From: Parcubacteria group bacterium
GTDB lineage: Bacteria > Patescibacteriota > Patescibacteriia > Patescibacteriales > GWC2-42-12
NCBI GenBank assembly: GCA_016188785.1
Contig: JACPHD010000020.1
Span: 3,306-67,305, forward strand
Reading direction: 5' to 3'
Length of the DNA stretch: 64,000 nucleotides
Positions within the stretch are counted from its first letter, which is position 1, and every line of letters begins with the position of its first letter. Under the pieces are notes generated by a model, which was not told the origin of the DNA, did not search any database, and saw nothing but the letters and a program-made list of their open reading frames with translations. The position numbers and the translations under genes are program-made. Of the stretch, positions 1 to 10,126 are shown piece by piece.

Positions 1-7
1 TTCGTCT

Positions 8-2893
8 ATGGAGGAGATCGGCAAACAGGCCGAGCAGATGAAGCAAGAGGCTGAACAGGCAATGAGGGAAGCAAAAGAAACTGGTGCTGATGAGATTACC
101 GAGGAGCAATTGCAAAAGCTGAAAGAGCAACTTGAACAATTGGAAGAGGTTGCCAAGCAAATTGCCGAGAGCGGCGCGTTGGAAAAAGAGCTCGCAAAAC
201 CGGAAGAGGAGCCGATGACTTACAATATCAAGGAATACGGCATTAACGAAGCCGAGCTCACTTCCGAGCAATTGGAGAATCTGCAGAAAACCAGGGTCTT
301 TGCACAAAATACTTCAAAAGTGTATCGCACGGCGATGCATCTTTTGATGATCGGCTACCAGCAAAAAAATCCTAAGTTTACGGACAAGATGATGCAGAAA
401 ATGATAGAGCGCAGTTATGATCTTCCTGATTTTTCTTTATATGGATCACGAGCGGCAGATGAATTCTTGTCAAAACAACAAGAACTAGGCATAGACGGTT
501 TTAGCGACAATTTTTTAGTGAATTTCCAACTGCCCCGACCTCTCGCAAAATTTTGGTACAAGGGCGGCAATGGGAGCAAGTCCGTACCGGTAAAAGAGGG
601 CGAGATCGAATGGGGGCATTTTTATAGAATGTGCATGCCCGTAATTTATAACGGAGTTGATCGGGCGCAGATGTCCGGTCTTTATCTGAATCGTTTGAAT
701 CAGTTCGGTCAGCATGATCCCAAAAAGTATTATTATCTTTGGGAGACCATAGACCTGGCGCAGGAAAAACAAAAACAGGAAAATGAAGCTCTTAAGGAAA
801 TGCAGGAACAGCTGAAAGAGATGAAAGAAAAATTGGATGAGATGAACGAACAATCCGGGAAGTCCGATGAAAAAGATGACCAAGCCGGACAAAGCGGAGA
901 AAAAAGCGAAAGCTCTAAACAAAAATCCAACGAGCAGAAACAATCCGTCCAGGAAAAGCAATCATCCGAACAAGGCGAGAATAAACCGTCGGCGCAAGAA
1001 CTTAAAAAGCAAATCGATGAATTGAAAAAGCAGGTTGACCAAATGATCAAAGACGCAGAAGAGCGGGGCGACCAAGCCGCGGCAGATGAGCTGAAAGAGA
1101 TGAAAGAACAGCTCGAACAAATGTCAAAAAAACTTGAAAAGGATGAACAGGGGGAAAAGGGCGAATCCGGCGAGCAGGGAGAGGGTCAAGAATCTGAAGG
1201 GCAAGAGGGTGAATCCGGTGAAAGTGAGGGTCAAGGCGAATCATCTCAAGGAAAAGGATCTGGCCAATCTGGCTCCGGGCAAGGACAAGGTCAGGGTGAA
1301 GGTGCAGGAGAAGGCGGTCAGGGTGGATCACAAGGCGGCCAGCCGGGTAAAGGTATGGGGCAAGGCGGTGGTCAACCTCAACCGGGCGGTCAAAAAGGAA
1401 TGGGTCAGGGGCCCGGCCAACCGGGAGGAGCAGAAGGGTCTGGTGAAATGGGTGGCGGCATGACTTCCCCGGGAGAGATGAAAGAATTGATGGATCAGAT
1501 GCAAGAGATGCTTAATCAGGCCAAAGAGCAAGGTGGTGTTCCCGGAGGTCAAGAAGCCATACAACAAATGCTTGACGAGCTTGCTTCGATGCAAGAAAGT
1601 TTGCAATCAGGAGCAAGTCCTCAAGAGTTAGCCAAGCAGATGTCGGAAGCTATGCAGAAAATGTCCGAAATGATGGGCGGCGAGGAAGGAGGCGAACCGG
1701 GACAGGATGGCCAAGAACAAGGGCAACAGAGTGAATCCGGTGGAGCATCAGGCCAAGAATCTTCTGGCGAAGGGTCTGAACAATCTGAAGGCGAATCCGG
1801 AGAGCAATCACATGACCAATTCCAAAAGGGCGGGAAAACGCATGAAGGAGCTGTTGAGGGAATGTTTAGTAAACCCAATGAAGAGTTATTAAAGCAACTT
1901 CGACAAGCTGAGGAAATGGTCGGCAGTAAATTTACCACTCAAGATGAAAGTGGCAATCTTGTGGCGAGAGATATGAGTCAGTCAATGGGTGAAAGTTTAA
2001 AAGCTGAAACCTCTCAACTTTCTCAAGCTCATGTGCGACAGATGGAAACGTTGGAAGAGCTCAAAAGACAACAGCAGTCAAAAATGGAAGCCATGTATCG
2101 GGAAATGTCGGGGCTTGATGGTGAAACTCTTCGCGTTTATGTGGATTATATGGAATCGTTGAAAAATTTTCGTGGAGAATTTAAAGAATTTTTAATAAAA
2201 AAGTTAAAATTAGATAAAAAATATTTAGAAGAGCGTAATAAAACAAGAGGAAGTCGTATGCAGAGAGATTTCCAGCGAAAAATAGTTGGTAAAAATCGTG
2301 ACGGTAAGCTAATAATACTTCCTACAATCATGAAAAGAAAAAGACCTCCAAGTCATCCAAATATTTGTTTTTCTGTAATAATTGATAATTCCGGTTCATG
2401 CTCTGGAGAAATAATTGAACAAGAAAAAAGAGTAGCGGTAAATTTGATTGAACTGGCAGATGAGCTTGATATAAATTTGGAAATAGTAACCTTCGGCGGT
2501 CCTGATCAATTTACATTTCTTAAGACATTCGAACAGAATATCGCCGGCGATGACTTGCAAAAAGTGGTATTGCTCAACGCAGATCAGGGAACGCCCGATG
2601 TTGTGACTCTTGATGCCGCCTGCACAAGTATGGAAAAATTCACTGATAAGTTTAGACGATCATACAATTTTGTGTATTTTATGACCGACGGACAATCCGG
2701 CTCAGGCTCAATTCAAGAAGTCATTAAAAAACACAAAAAGGATATGGTGATCACCGGTATCGGGATGGCTGGGGCGGCGCAAAACATAGCTCAGACATGG
2801 GGCAGAAATGCGGTCGAAGTGCCCGAAGTAAAAAAATTATCCGATGCTTTTATTAGAAAAGTTGAGGATCAGATAGATCAAACATTCGATTAA
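8..2893 (+). CDS. Large VWA-domain protein with long Q/E/G-rich low-complexity and coiled-coil region; probably 5'-truncated by the window
   Basis: C-terminal MIDAS motifs IIDNSGS ... T ... FMTDG. Frame is open to the window edge. Codon style differs from neighbours. Confidence 0.8.
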   Translation: MEEIGKQAEQMKQEAEQAMREAKETGADEITEEQLQKLKEQLEQLEEVAKQIAESGALEKELAKPEEEPMTYNIKEYGINEAELTSEQLENLQKTRVFAQNTSKVYRTAMHLLMIGYQQKNPKFTDKMMQKMIERSYDLPDFSLYGSRAADEFLSKQQELGIDGFSDNFLVNFQLPRPLAKFWYKGGNGSKSVPVKEGEIEWGHFYRMCMPVIYNGVDRAQMSGLYLNRLNQFGQHDPKKYYYLWETIDLAQEKQKQENEALKEMQEQLKEMKEKLDEMNEQSGKSDEKDDQAGQSGEKSESSKQKSNEQKQSVQEKQSSEQGENKPSAQELKKQIDELKKQVDQMIKDAEERGDQAAADELKEMKEQLEQMSKKLEKDEQGEKGESGEQGEGQESEGQEGESGESEGQGESSQGKGSGQSGSGQGQGQGEGAGEGGQGGSQGGQPGKGMGQGGGQPQPGGQKGMGQGPGQPGGAEGSGEMGGGMTSPGEMKELMDQMQEMLNQAKEQGGVPGGQEAIQQMLDELASMQESLQSGASPQELAKQMSEAMQKMSEMMGGEEGGEPGQDGQEQGQQSESGGASGQESSGEGSEQSEGESGEQSHDQFQKGGKTHEGAVEGMFSKPNEELLKQLRQAEEMVGSKFTTQDESGNLVARDMSQSMGESLKAETSQLSQAHVRQMETLEELKRQQQSKMEAMYREMSGLDGETLRVYVDYMESLKNFRGEFKEFLIKKLKLDKKYLEERNKTRGSRMQRDFQRKIVGKNRDGKLIILPTIMKRKRPPSHPNICFSVIIDNSGSCSGEIIEQEKRVAVNLIELADELDINLEIVTFGGPDQFTFLKTFEQNIAGDDLQKVVLLNADQGTPDVVTLDAACTSMEKFTDKFRRSYNFVYFMTDGQSGSGSIQEVIKKHKKDMVITGIGMAGAAQNIAQTWGRNAVEVPEVKKLSDAFIRKVEDQIDQTFD

Positions 2894-2937
2894 TTTAAAA
2901 ACTATGCCTGAAAAAAATTGCAAAATAAAATTACCTA

Positions 2938-3534
2938 ATGTCAGCCGCTAATTTTTCCATAATTTTACCCTGGGTTTTAGTTCATGGCTATTTAATGATT
3001 TTTGTCGCCATTATAATTGGCGGTCCGATTTTTATTTCGGCCGCGGCCTTTGCCGCGGCCTTGGGTTATTTTAATGTTTATTTTATTTTCAGCTTGGCCT
3101 TTTTCGGTGAAATCACGGTTGATATTACGCTTTATTTAATCGGCTATAGCGGTCGCGCGGGCCTGGTAAAAAAATTCGGCCATTATTTCGGTTTAACTGC
3201 CGCCAGAATTTTAAGCTTGGAGAAACTTTTATCCCGGCATGTCTGGAAAGCGCTGTTTATAATTAAATATTCGCCGATTATACCGGTACCAGGTTTTATT
3301 ATCGCCGGCGCGGCCAGGCTTGAATTTAAGAAATTTTTTTATATTTTATTCATTTTAAGTCTGCCTAAGGCGGTTTTTTTTACTATGATAGGCTATTGGT
3401 TCGGCCGGGCTTATGAAACGTTCGCCGGTTATTTTTATTATGGCCAATATTTGATTGTCGTAGTAATAATTTTATTTATAGCCGCGCATTATTTATTTAG
3501 CCACTTTTCTAAGAAAATATCCGAAAAAAAATAA
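2938..3534 (+). CDS. DedA/VTT family membrane protein
   Basis: Hydrophobic 198 aa; 'GEITVDITLYLIG' and 'FIIAGAARLEFKKF' match the DedA pattern. Confidence 0.75.
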   Translation: MSAANFSIILPWVLVHGYLMIFVAIIIGGPIFISAAAFAAALGYFNVYFIFSLAFFGEITVDITLYLIGYSGRAGLVKKFGHYFGLTAARILSLEKLLSRHVWKALFIIKYSPIIPVPGFIIAGAARLEFKKFFYILFILSLPKAVFFTMIGYWFGRAYETFAGYFYYGQYLIVVVIILFIAAHYLFSHFSKKISEKK

Positions 3535-3541
3535 AATTAAT

Positions 3542-4729
3542 ATGAAGATCGCTATTTTTTCCGATAATTTTTACCCGGAGTTAAGCGGCATTTCTGATTC
3601 AATAATTTTGCTGGCTCGCGAGCTGGCCAAATTAAATCATGAAATAAATTTTTACGCGCCTAAATATAGCGCCAAGAATTATCAGGTCTTGAATTTAGCC
3701 GATCAAGAATTGGACCTTGGAGAAAATATTAAAATTAAACGGCTATTTTCTCTGCCAGCGTCGTTTATTAGTGATTATTCCAGGATAGTTATTCCCGTGC
3801 CGTGGCGCCGGCTGTTTAAAAATTTTAAGCCAGATATTATTCATACTCAGCTTTTTTTCGGCGCTGGGCTAAAAGCGCTGGCCGCGGCAAGATTAAATAA
3901 ATTTCCGCTGGTCGGCACTAATCATACGGCTATTTCAGAATTTATAAAACTCGCGCCGCTTAAGCTTAATTTTTTAAAAAATTTCAGTTTGAATTACGCG
4001 GTTTGGTATTATAACCGCTGTAATTTCGTAACCGCGCCGTCGCAATCAGTCTTTAAAGAAATGTTAGCTTACGGTTTTAATAAACCGCATCAAGTTATTT
4101 CCAATCCGCTTGATCTTAATACCTTTCGTCCGTCAGACCATAAATCAGAGTATAAGAAAAAATTTAATTTGTCCGATAAGGTCGTCGTCTATGCCGGCCG
4201 CTTATCTTTGGAAAAAAATATTGACGCGCTGATTAAAGCCGCGGCTTTAACTAAAAAAAGAATCAGTAATATTAATTTAGCTATCGCCGGATCAGGCCAG
4301 TTTGAAAATGAGCTTAAGCGACTAGTCAAAGAATTAGGTATAGAAAATGAAGTTAAGTTTTTTGGCAGATTAAGTAAAGACGATTTGGCAAAATTATATC
4401 AAGCCGCGGAAATTTTTTCTATCGCTTCCACCTCGGAAACCCAGAGTTTGACTTTAATGCAGGCCATGGCTTGCGGCCTGCCGGCCGTAGCGGTTGACTC
4501 GCGGGCTTTACCGGAATATGTTAATGGGCAAAACGGTTTTATAGTAAAAGCCGGCGATGAAAACGTTCTGGCGGAAAAATTTATTTTTCTTTTAGCCAAT
4601 AGTAAACTGCGCCAAGAATTAGGTCGCGGCGCGGCTGCTTCTGTCCAGCAATTTTCCGCTGAAAATATCGCCAAACAGTGGGAAAAGCTGTATGGCAGGG
4701 TAATAGAGGATTATAAAAATAAGGCTTGA
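3542..4729 (+). CDS. GT4 glycosyltransferase (glycolipid synthase-like)
   Basis: MKIAIFSDNFYPELSG, GRLSLEKN, ETQSLTLMQAMACGLP. Confidence 0.9.
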   Translation: MKIAIFSDNFYPELSGISDSIILLARELAKLNHEINFYAPKYSAKNYQVLNLADQELDLGENIKIKRLFSLPASFISDYSRIVIPVPWRRLFKNFKPDIIHTQLFFGAGLKALAAARLNKFPLVGTNHTAISEFIKLAPLKLNFLKNFSLNYAVWYYNRCNFVTAPSQSVFKEMLAYGFNKPHQVISNPLDLNTFRPSDHKSEYKKKFNLSDKVVVYAGRLSLEKNIDALIKAAALTKKRISNINLAIAGSGQFENELKRLVKELGIENEVKFFGRLSKDDLAKLYQAAEIFSIASTSETQSLTLMQAMACGLPAVAVDSRALPEYVNGQNGFIVKAGDENVLAEKFIFLLANSKLRQELGRGAAASVQQFSAENIAKQWEKLYGRVIEDYKNKA

Positions 4730-4753
4730 AAATTATTTAATTTATAGTATAAT
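4726..4753 (+). promoter_or_regulatory. Sigma70-type promoter
   Basis: TTGAAA (4726-4731), 16 nt, TATAAT (4748-4753). Confidence 0.5.
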
Positions 4754-4764
4754 ATATAGAGCTG

Positions 4765-4923
4765 AACTCATTTAGGGTTTTATCCTGTAAGCCGCAGAAA
4801 ATACTTATTTTCTCACTGCGGAACCCCCCGCACTAAATGCGGAGTCAAACAGTCATCGTTTCAAAAATAAGCATTTTCTGCGGCTTACTTTAGACGAAAA
4901 ATAGAGAAAACTCTAAATAAGTT
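4765..4923. repeat. Long-stem structured element (family F), copy 1
   Basis: GTAAGCCGCAGAAAAT/ATTTTCTGCGGCTTAC stem around a core shared with 60050-60151. Confidence 0.75.
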
Positions 4924-4946
4924 AATTAAATAAAATTCTTATTCTT

Positions 4947-5717
4947 ATGAAGTTAAGCGTAGTTGTTCCGGCTCATAACGAAGAGGCGCTGATTGGCGGC
5001 TGTTTAAATTCAATTTTAGCGGAAATGAACGGCCAAAATTATGACCTGGAAATTATAGCGGTTAATAATGCTTCAACCGATAAAACTAAAGAAATTATCA
5101 CTTCCTTCCCCCAAGTCAAATTAGTTAATGAACCTAATAAGGGTTTGGTAAAAGCGCGCCGCGCCGGTTTTTTAGCGTCAACGGGCGAACTGGTGGCTAA
5201 TATTGACGCGGACACCAGAATGATTCCAGGCTGGCTGGATAAAGTGTTTGAAGAATTTTCTAAAAATAAAAAACTGGCGGCTTTAAGCGGACCGTTTATT
5301 TATTATGATTTATCAAAGAATGCCAGGCTGGCCGTACGTACATTTTATTACGCCGGTTTTTTTATTTATCTTGTTAACCGCTACATCCTGGGCGTTGGTT
5401 CAATGCTTCAGGGCGGTAATTTTGTGGTTAAACGTTCGGCCATAGAAGCCATCGGCGGCTTTAATTCTAACTTTGACTTTTGGGGCGAAGATACTGATTT
5501 GGCGCGCCGGCTAGTTAAAGTCGGCGGCGTGAAATTTACTTTTGACCTGCCGATTTACGCTTCAGGCCGAAGACTGGAGCGCGAGGGCCTGGCTAAAACC
5601 GGCTGGACTTATATGCTTAATTATTTTTCCACGATTTTTTTTAAAAAACCCTATGACACGGTCAAAAAAGATTTTAAAAATAAATACGCGAAAACTTTGG
5701 CGAGAATTAAAGAGTAA
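4947..5717 (+). CDS. GT2 glycosyltransferase
   Basis: VVVPAHNEE, NIDAD, GGNF, WGEDTDL motifs. Confidence 0.9.
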   Translation: MKLSVVVPAHNEEALIGGCLNSILAEMNGQNYDLEIIAVNNASTDKTKEIITSFPQVKLVNEPNKGLVKARRAGFLASTGELVANIDADTRMIPGWLDKVFEEFSKNKKLAALSGPFIYYDLSKNARLAVRTFYYAGFFIYLVNRYILGVGSMLQGGNFVVKRSAIEAIGGFNSNFDFWGEDTDLARRLVKVGGVKFTFDLPIYASGRRLEREGLAKTGWTYMLNYFSTIFFKKPYDTVKKDFKNKYAKTLARIKE

Positions 5718-5726
5718 ATAATTATT

Positions 5727-5904
5727 TGTCATTGCGAGGACCTTAATTTTAAATTGTCATTGCGGGCTCCCGCCCGCCTCGCAAGCGAAGCGTTGCGGGC
5801 GCGGTGACCCGCAATCCAGGACGATGGGAATATTGACCAACATGGTTTTTCTGGATTCCTGCTTTCGCAGGAATGACGAAAGTAATTTACTCTTCGCAAT
5901 GACA
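5727..5904. repeat. Nested palindromic composite: family A ends, family B pair, family C insert at 5769-5804
   Basis: TGTCATTGCGAGG...TTCGCAATGACA encloses GTCATTGCGGGCT[36 nt]TGACCCGCAATCCAGG...CTGGATTCCTGCTTTCGCAGGAATGAC. Confidence 0.85.
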
Positions 5905-5915
5905 AGATTGAAAAT

Positions 5916-6932
5916 ATGAAAATATTAGTCACCGGCGGCGCCGGGTTTATTGGCTCTAACTTTATACGTTATTGGCTAAAAAAATATCCAGCTGACAGCC
6001 TAGTCAATCTGGACGCTTTAACCTACGCCGGCAATTTAGAAAATTTGTCGGATATTGAAAATAATAAAAATTACAAATTTATTAAAGGCAGTATTTGTGA
6101 TGATAATTTAGCCTACGATTTGGTTCAAGACTTGGATTTAATAGTAAATTTCGCGGCCGAGTCGCACGTTGACCGCTCAATTATGGACTGCCGCGATTTT
6201 ATCACAACCAATGTTGAGGGTACGCGAACTTTATTGGAGGCGGCTAAATCCGCCAGCCGGCGGAACGGCAAAATAAGATTTCATCATATTTCCACGGACG
6301 AAGTTTTCGGTTCGCTCGGCCCGAGCGATAAGCCGTTTAATGAAACTACTCCTTATGATCCAAGAAGCCCTTATAGCGCTTCTAAAGCCGCCGCCGATCA
6401 TCTGGTACGAGCCTATTGGCACACGTATGAGCTGCCTATTACCATTTCCAATTGTTCCAACAATTACGGCCCTTATCAATTTCCGGAAAAAATTATTCCA
6501 TTATTCATTACTAATCTCTTGGCCAATAAAAAAATCCCGGTCTACGGCCAGGGAAAAAATATACGCGATTGGATTTATGTTGATGATCATAACGCCGGCG
6601 TTGACGCTATTATTAAAAGAGGCAGACTCGGGCAGTCCTATTGTTTGGGCGGAAACAGCGAGCTGACTAATTTTAAGCTTACCAAAAAGATATTAAGTTT
6701 TATGGGCAAGGGCGAGGATATGATTGAATATGTAACGGACCGGCCGGGGCATGACCTGCGCTACGGCCTGGATTTTACCAAAGCTAAAAATGAACTGGGC
6801 TGGCGGCCGGCCGTGAACTTTAACGACGGCTTAAAGAAAACCATCGCTTGGTATAAAAATAATCAGGCTTGGTGGCAAAATATTAAAAGCGGGGAGTATT
6901 TAGAATATTATAAAAAGCAGTATGGCCAATAA
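5916..6932 (+). CDS. rmlB: dTDP-glucose 4,6-dehydratase
   Basis: VTGGAGFIGSNF, AAESHVDRS, ISTDEVFG, YSASK, NNYGPYQFPEK. Confidence 0.97.
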   Translation: MKILVTGGAGFIGSNFIRYWLKKYPADSLVNLDALTYAGNLENLSDIENNKNYKFIKGSICDDNLAYDLVQDLDLIVNFAAESHVDRSIMDCRDFITTNVEGTRTLLEAAKSASRRNGKIRFHHISTDEVFGSLGPSDKPFNETTPYDPRSPYSASKAAADHLVRAYWHTYELPITISNCSNNYGPYQFPEKIIPLFITNLLANKKIPVYGQGKNIRDWIYVDDHNAGVDAIIKRGRLGQSYCLGGNSELTNFKLTKKILSFMGKGEDMIEYVTDRPGHDLRYGLDFTKAKNELGWRPAVNFNDGLKKTIAWYKNNQAWWQNIKSGEYLEYYKKQYGQ

Positions 6933-7785
6933 GAAAATTTTAATTTTAGGCGCTAAAGGAAATTTAGGTCGTCAGTTGCAAAAAGTTTTCGCGGCTGAAG
7001 ATGTTATGGCTTGGGATCGGGGAGAGATTGATATTACGGACCGGGAATTGATCTTAAAAAAAATTGCTGATTTAAAGCCGGAGCTGGTGATCAATGCCGC
7101 GGCTTATAACGCGGTTGATAAGTGCGAGGCTAGCGACGAGGAATATGAGCTGGCGAAAAAAATCAATATTGACGGACCTAAATTTTTAGCCGAAGCTTGC
7201 CTGCGGATTGGCGCGATTTTAGTCCATTATTCCACGGATTATGTTTTTGACGGCGTCCGCCGGAGCGGCTATATTGAGAACGACGAGCCAAAACCAATTA
7301 ACCGTTACGGCAAAACTAAATTCCACGGCGAAAAAAGGATTCTGGAATTAAGCGGCGCCGGGCTTAAGTGGTATTTAATCAGGACTTCAAAATTATTCGG
7401 GCCTAAAGGAGAAAGCCTGATGGCTAAACCGAGTTTCTTTGACATCATGCTGGAGAAAGCACGGATTAAGCCGAGTTTAGAGGCGGTTGACGATGAATTA
7501 AGCTGTTTTACTTATACGGTTGATCTGGCCGCGGCCACTAAAAAATTGGTTGACAACGGCGGCGGCTACGGCATCTATCATCTAGTAAATAGCGGCGCTG
7601 GCACTTGGTATGAAGCGGCCTTGGAATTATTTAAACTGGTTGGAATTAAGATTGAAGTGAAACCGGTAAGCAGTGAAAAGTTAGCTCGTCCGGCCAAAAG
7701 GCCGAAGTATTCAGTACTATTAAATACTAAACTGCCGTTGCTCCGGGATTATCGGCGGGCCTTGAGGGAATATTTGGGGAAATGA
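6922..7785 (+). CDS. rmlD: dTDP-4-dehydrorhamnose reductase
   Basis: GAKGNLG, NAAAYNAVDKCE, YSTDYVFDG, YGKTK. Confidence 0.95.
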   Translation: MANKKILILGAKGNLGRQLQKVFAAEDVMAWDRGEIDITDRELILKKIADLKPELVINAAAYNAVDKCEASDEEYELAKKINIDGPKFLAEACLRIGAILVHYSTDYVFDGVRRSGYIENDEPKPINRYGKTKFHGEKRILELSGAGLKWYLIRTSKLFGPKGESLMAKPSFFDIMLEKARIKPSLEAVDDELSCFTYTVDLAAATKKLVDNGGGYGIYHLVNSGAGTWYEAALELFKLVGIKIEVKPVSSEKLARPAKRPKYSVLLNTKLPLLRDYRRALREYLGK

Positions 7786-7849
7786 ATAACGAATTATGAA
7801 TAATGAATAATGGGAAAATACAAAACCATAATTCATAATTCATAATTTA
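7782..7849. repeat. Inverted pair of heptamer arrays (family E, empty)
   Basis: (GAATTAT/GAATAAT)n followed by (ATAATTC)n. Confidence 0.7.
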
Positions 7850-7854
7850 TACGT

Positions 7855-8649
7855 ATGCGCGGAATAATTTTAGCCGGCGGAACGGCCACTCGCTTGTTTC
7901 CGCTTACGGCCACCACCTCAAAACAGCTTTTGCCGATTTATGACCGGCAGATGATTTTTTATCCGTTAAATGTTTTAGTAAAGGCCGGTATAAAAGATAT
8001 TTTGATTATTATCGCGCCGGAGCACTCCGGTCATTTTTTGAACTTGCTCGGGTCAATTTTTGATAAAAATGACATTCGTCTGGAATTTAAGGTGCAAAAA
8101 ATTCCGCGCGGTCTGGCCGACGCTTTTTTAATCGGCGAAAATTTTATTGATGGGGATAATGTTACTATGATTTTGGGCGATAATATTTTTGAAGATGATT
8201 TCTCCGAGGCGATAAAAAATTTTAAAAGTGGCGGCCAAGTTTTTGCGGTAAAAGTGCCTGATCCGGAACGTTCCGGCGTGGTGCAGTTTGATGATAAAAT
8301 GAAAGCGGTTAAAATCGTGGAAAAACCGAAAGAATGGCTTAGCGATTACATTATTCCCGGTTTATATATCTACGACAGCCGGGTGGTTGATGTAGCCAGA
8401 CAAGTTAAACCTAGCGCCCGAGGCGAGATTGAAATTACTGATTTGCATAATTGGTATTTAGAGAGGGGAGAGTTGACGGTTGGCTTAATAAAAGGCAAAT
8501 GGCTGGACGCCGGTACTTTTGACTCTCTACTTGAAGCCGGCCAGTACGTCAAGGAAAAGAAATTATACGAAAAATTTGACCCAATAATCAACCAGGCGAT
8601 TTTAGAATTTAATCAGGAGCTAAAAAATTTGGCTAAGAAAAAATTGTAA
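7855..8649 (+). CDS. rmlA: Glucose-1-phosphate thymidylyltransferase
   Basis: GIILAGGTATRLFP, SKQLLPIYD, SARGEIEITD, WLDAGT. Confidence 0.95.
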   Translation: MRGIILAGGTATRLFPLTATTSKQLLPIYDRQMIFYPLNVLVKAGIKDILIIIAPEHSGHFLNLLGSIFDKNDIRLEFKVQKIPRGLADAFLIGENFIDGDNVTMILGDNIFEDDFSEAIKNFKSGGQVFAVKVPDPERSGVVQFDDKMKAVKIVEKPKEWLSDYIIPGLYIYDSRVVDVARQVKPSARGEIEITDLHNWYLERGELTVGLIKGKWLDAGTFDSLLEAGQYVKEKKLYEKFDPIINQAILEFNQELKNLAKKKL

Positions 8650-8657
8650 ATTGAACT

Positions 8658-9623
8658 ATGGCCGAAAAATATAAAATTTATATCGGTTTTATAACTTACG
8701 GCGATTTAACGGCAAAATATTTGCCGTATTTTTTACCCAGCCTGAAACAGCAAAGTTTTAAAGATTTTAAGATTTTAGTCATTGATAATAGCGAGGTTGA
8801 GAATAATAATAATGCCAGCTATATAAAAAATAATTTTTCGGAAATTGATTTAACCTGGGCCGGCGATAATTTAGGCTTTGCCAAGGCTTTTAATATTATG
8901 ATCAGGCGGGCGATTCGCCAGGGCGCTGAATATTTTTTAGCGCTTAATCCGGATATGATTTTAGAGCCGGACGTAGTGGTTAAACTGGTAAATGAATTGG
9001 ACAACAACCAGGCGCTGGGATCGGCAACGGCCAAAATATTAAAGTGGAATTTTGCCGATCAGAAAAAAACTAATATTATAGATAGTTGTGGAATTAAATT
9101 ATTGCCAGGCTTAAGGTTCGTTGATTGCGGCCAGGGAGAGAAAGATGAAGCAGATTGCAATGATGAAATAATCGGTCCTTCCGGCGCTTGCGCGATTTAT
9201 CGCTTAAGCGCTTTGGAAAAAATTAAGCGCGTCGGGCAATATTTTGACGAACTGATGTTTATGTATAAAGAGGATTGTGATTTGGCTTACCGGCTTTATT
9301 TGGCCGGTTTTAAGTCAAACTGCGTTGTTAGCGCCGTGGTTTATCATGACCGCTCCAGCGCCGGCCGGGGCGAAAATAATTTGGCCGTGGCCTTAAACCG
9401 CAAGCATAAAAGCCGGCGGGTCAAGCAGTTGTCATTTTTAAACCAGCAGATTATTTTTATAAAATACTGGCGCTTGCAAAATTGGCGTGAAAAAATAAAT
9501 ATAATTTGGTTTGAAATTAAAATGCTGGTTTTCGCTTTATTTTTTGAACCGTATTTATTTAAAGAGTTAATAAATTTAAGTAAAATCAGCCATAAAATAA
9601 TAAGATACAAAAATGGGAATTAA
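8658..9623 (+). CDS. GT2 glycosyltransferase (rhamnosyltransferase-like)
   Basis: NLGFAKAFN, LNPD, FMYKEDCDL. Confidence 0.88.
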   Translation: MAEKYKIYIGFITYGDLTAKYLPYFLPSLKQQSFKDFKILVIDNSEVENNNNASYIKNNFSEIDLTWAGDNLGFAKAFNIMIRRAIRQGAEYFLALNPDMILEPDVVVKLVNELDNNQALGSATAKILKWNFADQKKTNIIDSCGIKLLPGLRFVDCGQGEKDEADCNDEIIGPSGACAIYRLSALEKIKRVGQYFDELMFMYKEDCDLAYRLYLAGFKSNCVVSAVVYHDRSSAGRGENNLAVALNRKHKSRRVKQLSFLNQQIIFIKYWRLQNWREKINIIWFEIKMLVFALFFEPYLFKELINLSKISHKIIRYKNGN

Positions 9624-10125
9624 ATTAAATTTAGGTTGCGGCAATAAAAAGATCCCCGGCTTTATCGGGGTTGACCGAGTTAAAACAGCGGCCGCAGACT
9701 TAATTCATGATTTGAATATCAGGCCTTACCCGTTTGCCGATAATAGCGTTGATGAAATTATCGCCGATAATGTTCTAGAGCACTTAAATGACATAGTTGC
9801 GGTTATGGCCGAGTGGCATCGGATTTGCCGTCCGGGCGCCATCATTAAAATAAGCTTGCCATATTATAAATCAAGCGGCGCTTTTAGCGACCCGACGCAT
9901 CAGCATTTTTTTACGGAAAACAGCTTTCAGTATTTCAGTCCGGAGCATGAATATCATTTTTATGCCCAGACCAAGTTTAAAACTTTGAAAATTAAATTAT
10001 TAGCCAAAGATTTTAATGATTTTCGCCATAAATTAAGAAACCTTTTGCCGTTTAAGAAATTTTTTAATTTTTGGCTATTTAATATTTACGACGAAATTTA
10101 TTTTGAACTGGCCTGCGTAAAATAA
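9613..10125 (+). CDS. Class I SAM-dependent methyltransferase
   Basis: LNLGCG, VLEHL, RICRPG, DPTH. Confidence 0.85.
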   Translation: MGIKLNLGCGNKKIPGFIGVDRVKTAAADLIHDLNIRPYPFADNSVDEIIADNVLEHLNDIVAVMAEWHRICRPGAIIKISLPYYKSSGAFSDPTHQHFFTENSFQYFSPEHEYHFYAQTKFKTLKIKLLAKDFNDFRHKLRNLLPFKKFFNFWLFNIYDEIYFELACVK

Positions 10126-10126
10126 T

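Noticed and set aside
5729..5932. Short ORFs over repeats (also 19492-19698, 20247-20465, 49789-50028, 61385-61624, 63244-63450)
   Set aside because: They are translations of palindromic repeats (e.g. RHSCESRNP, WIPAFAGMT) with no independent coding evidence.
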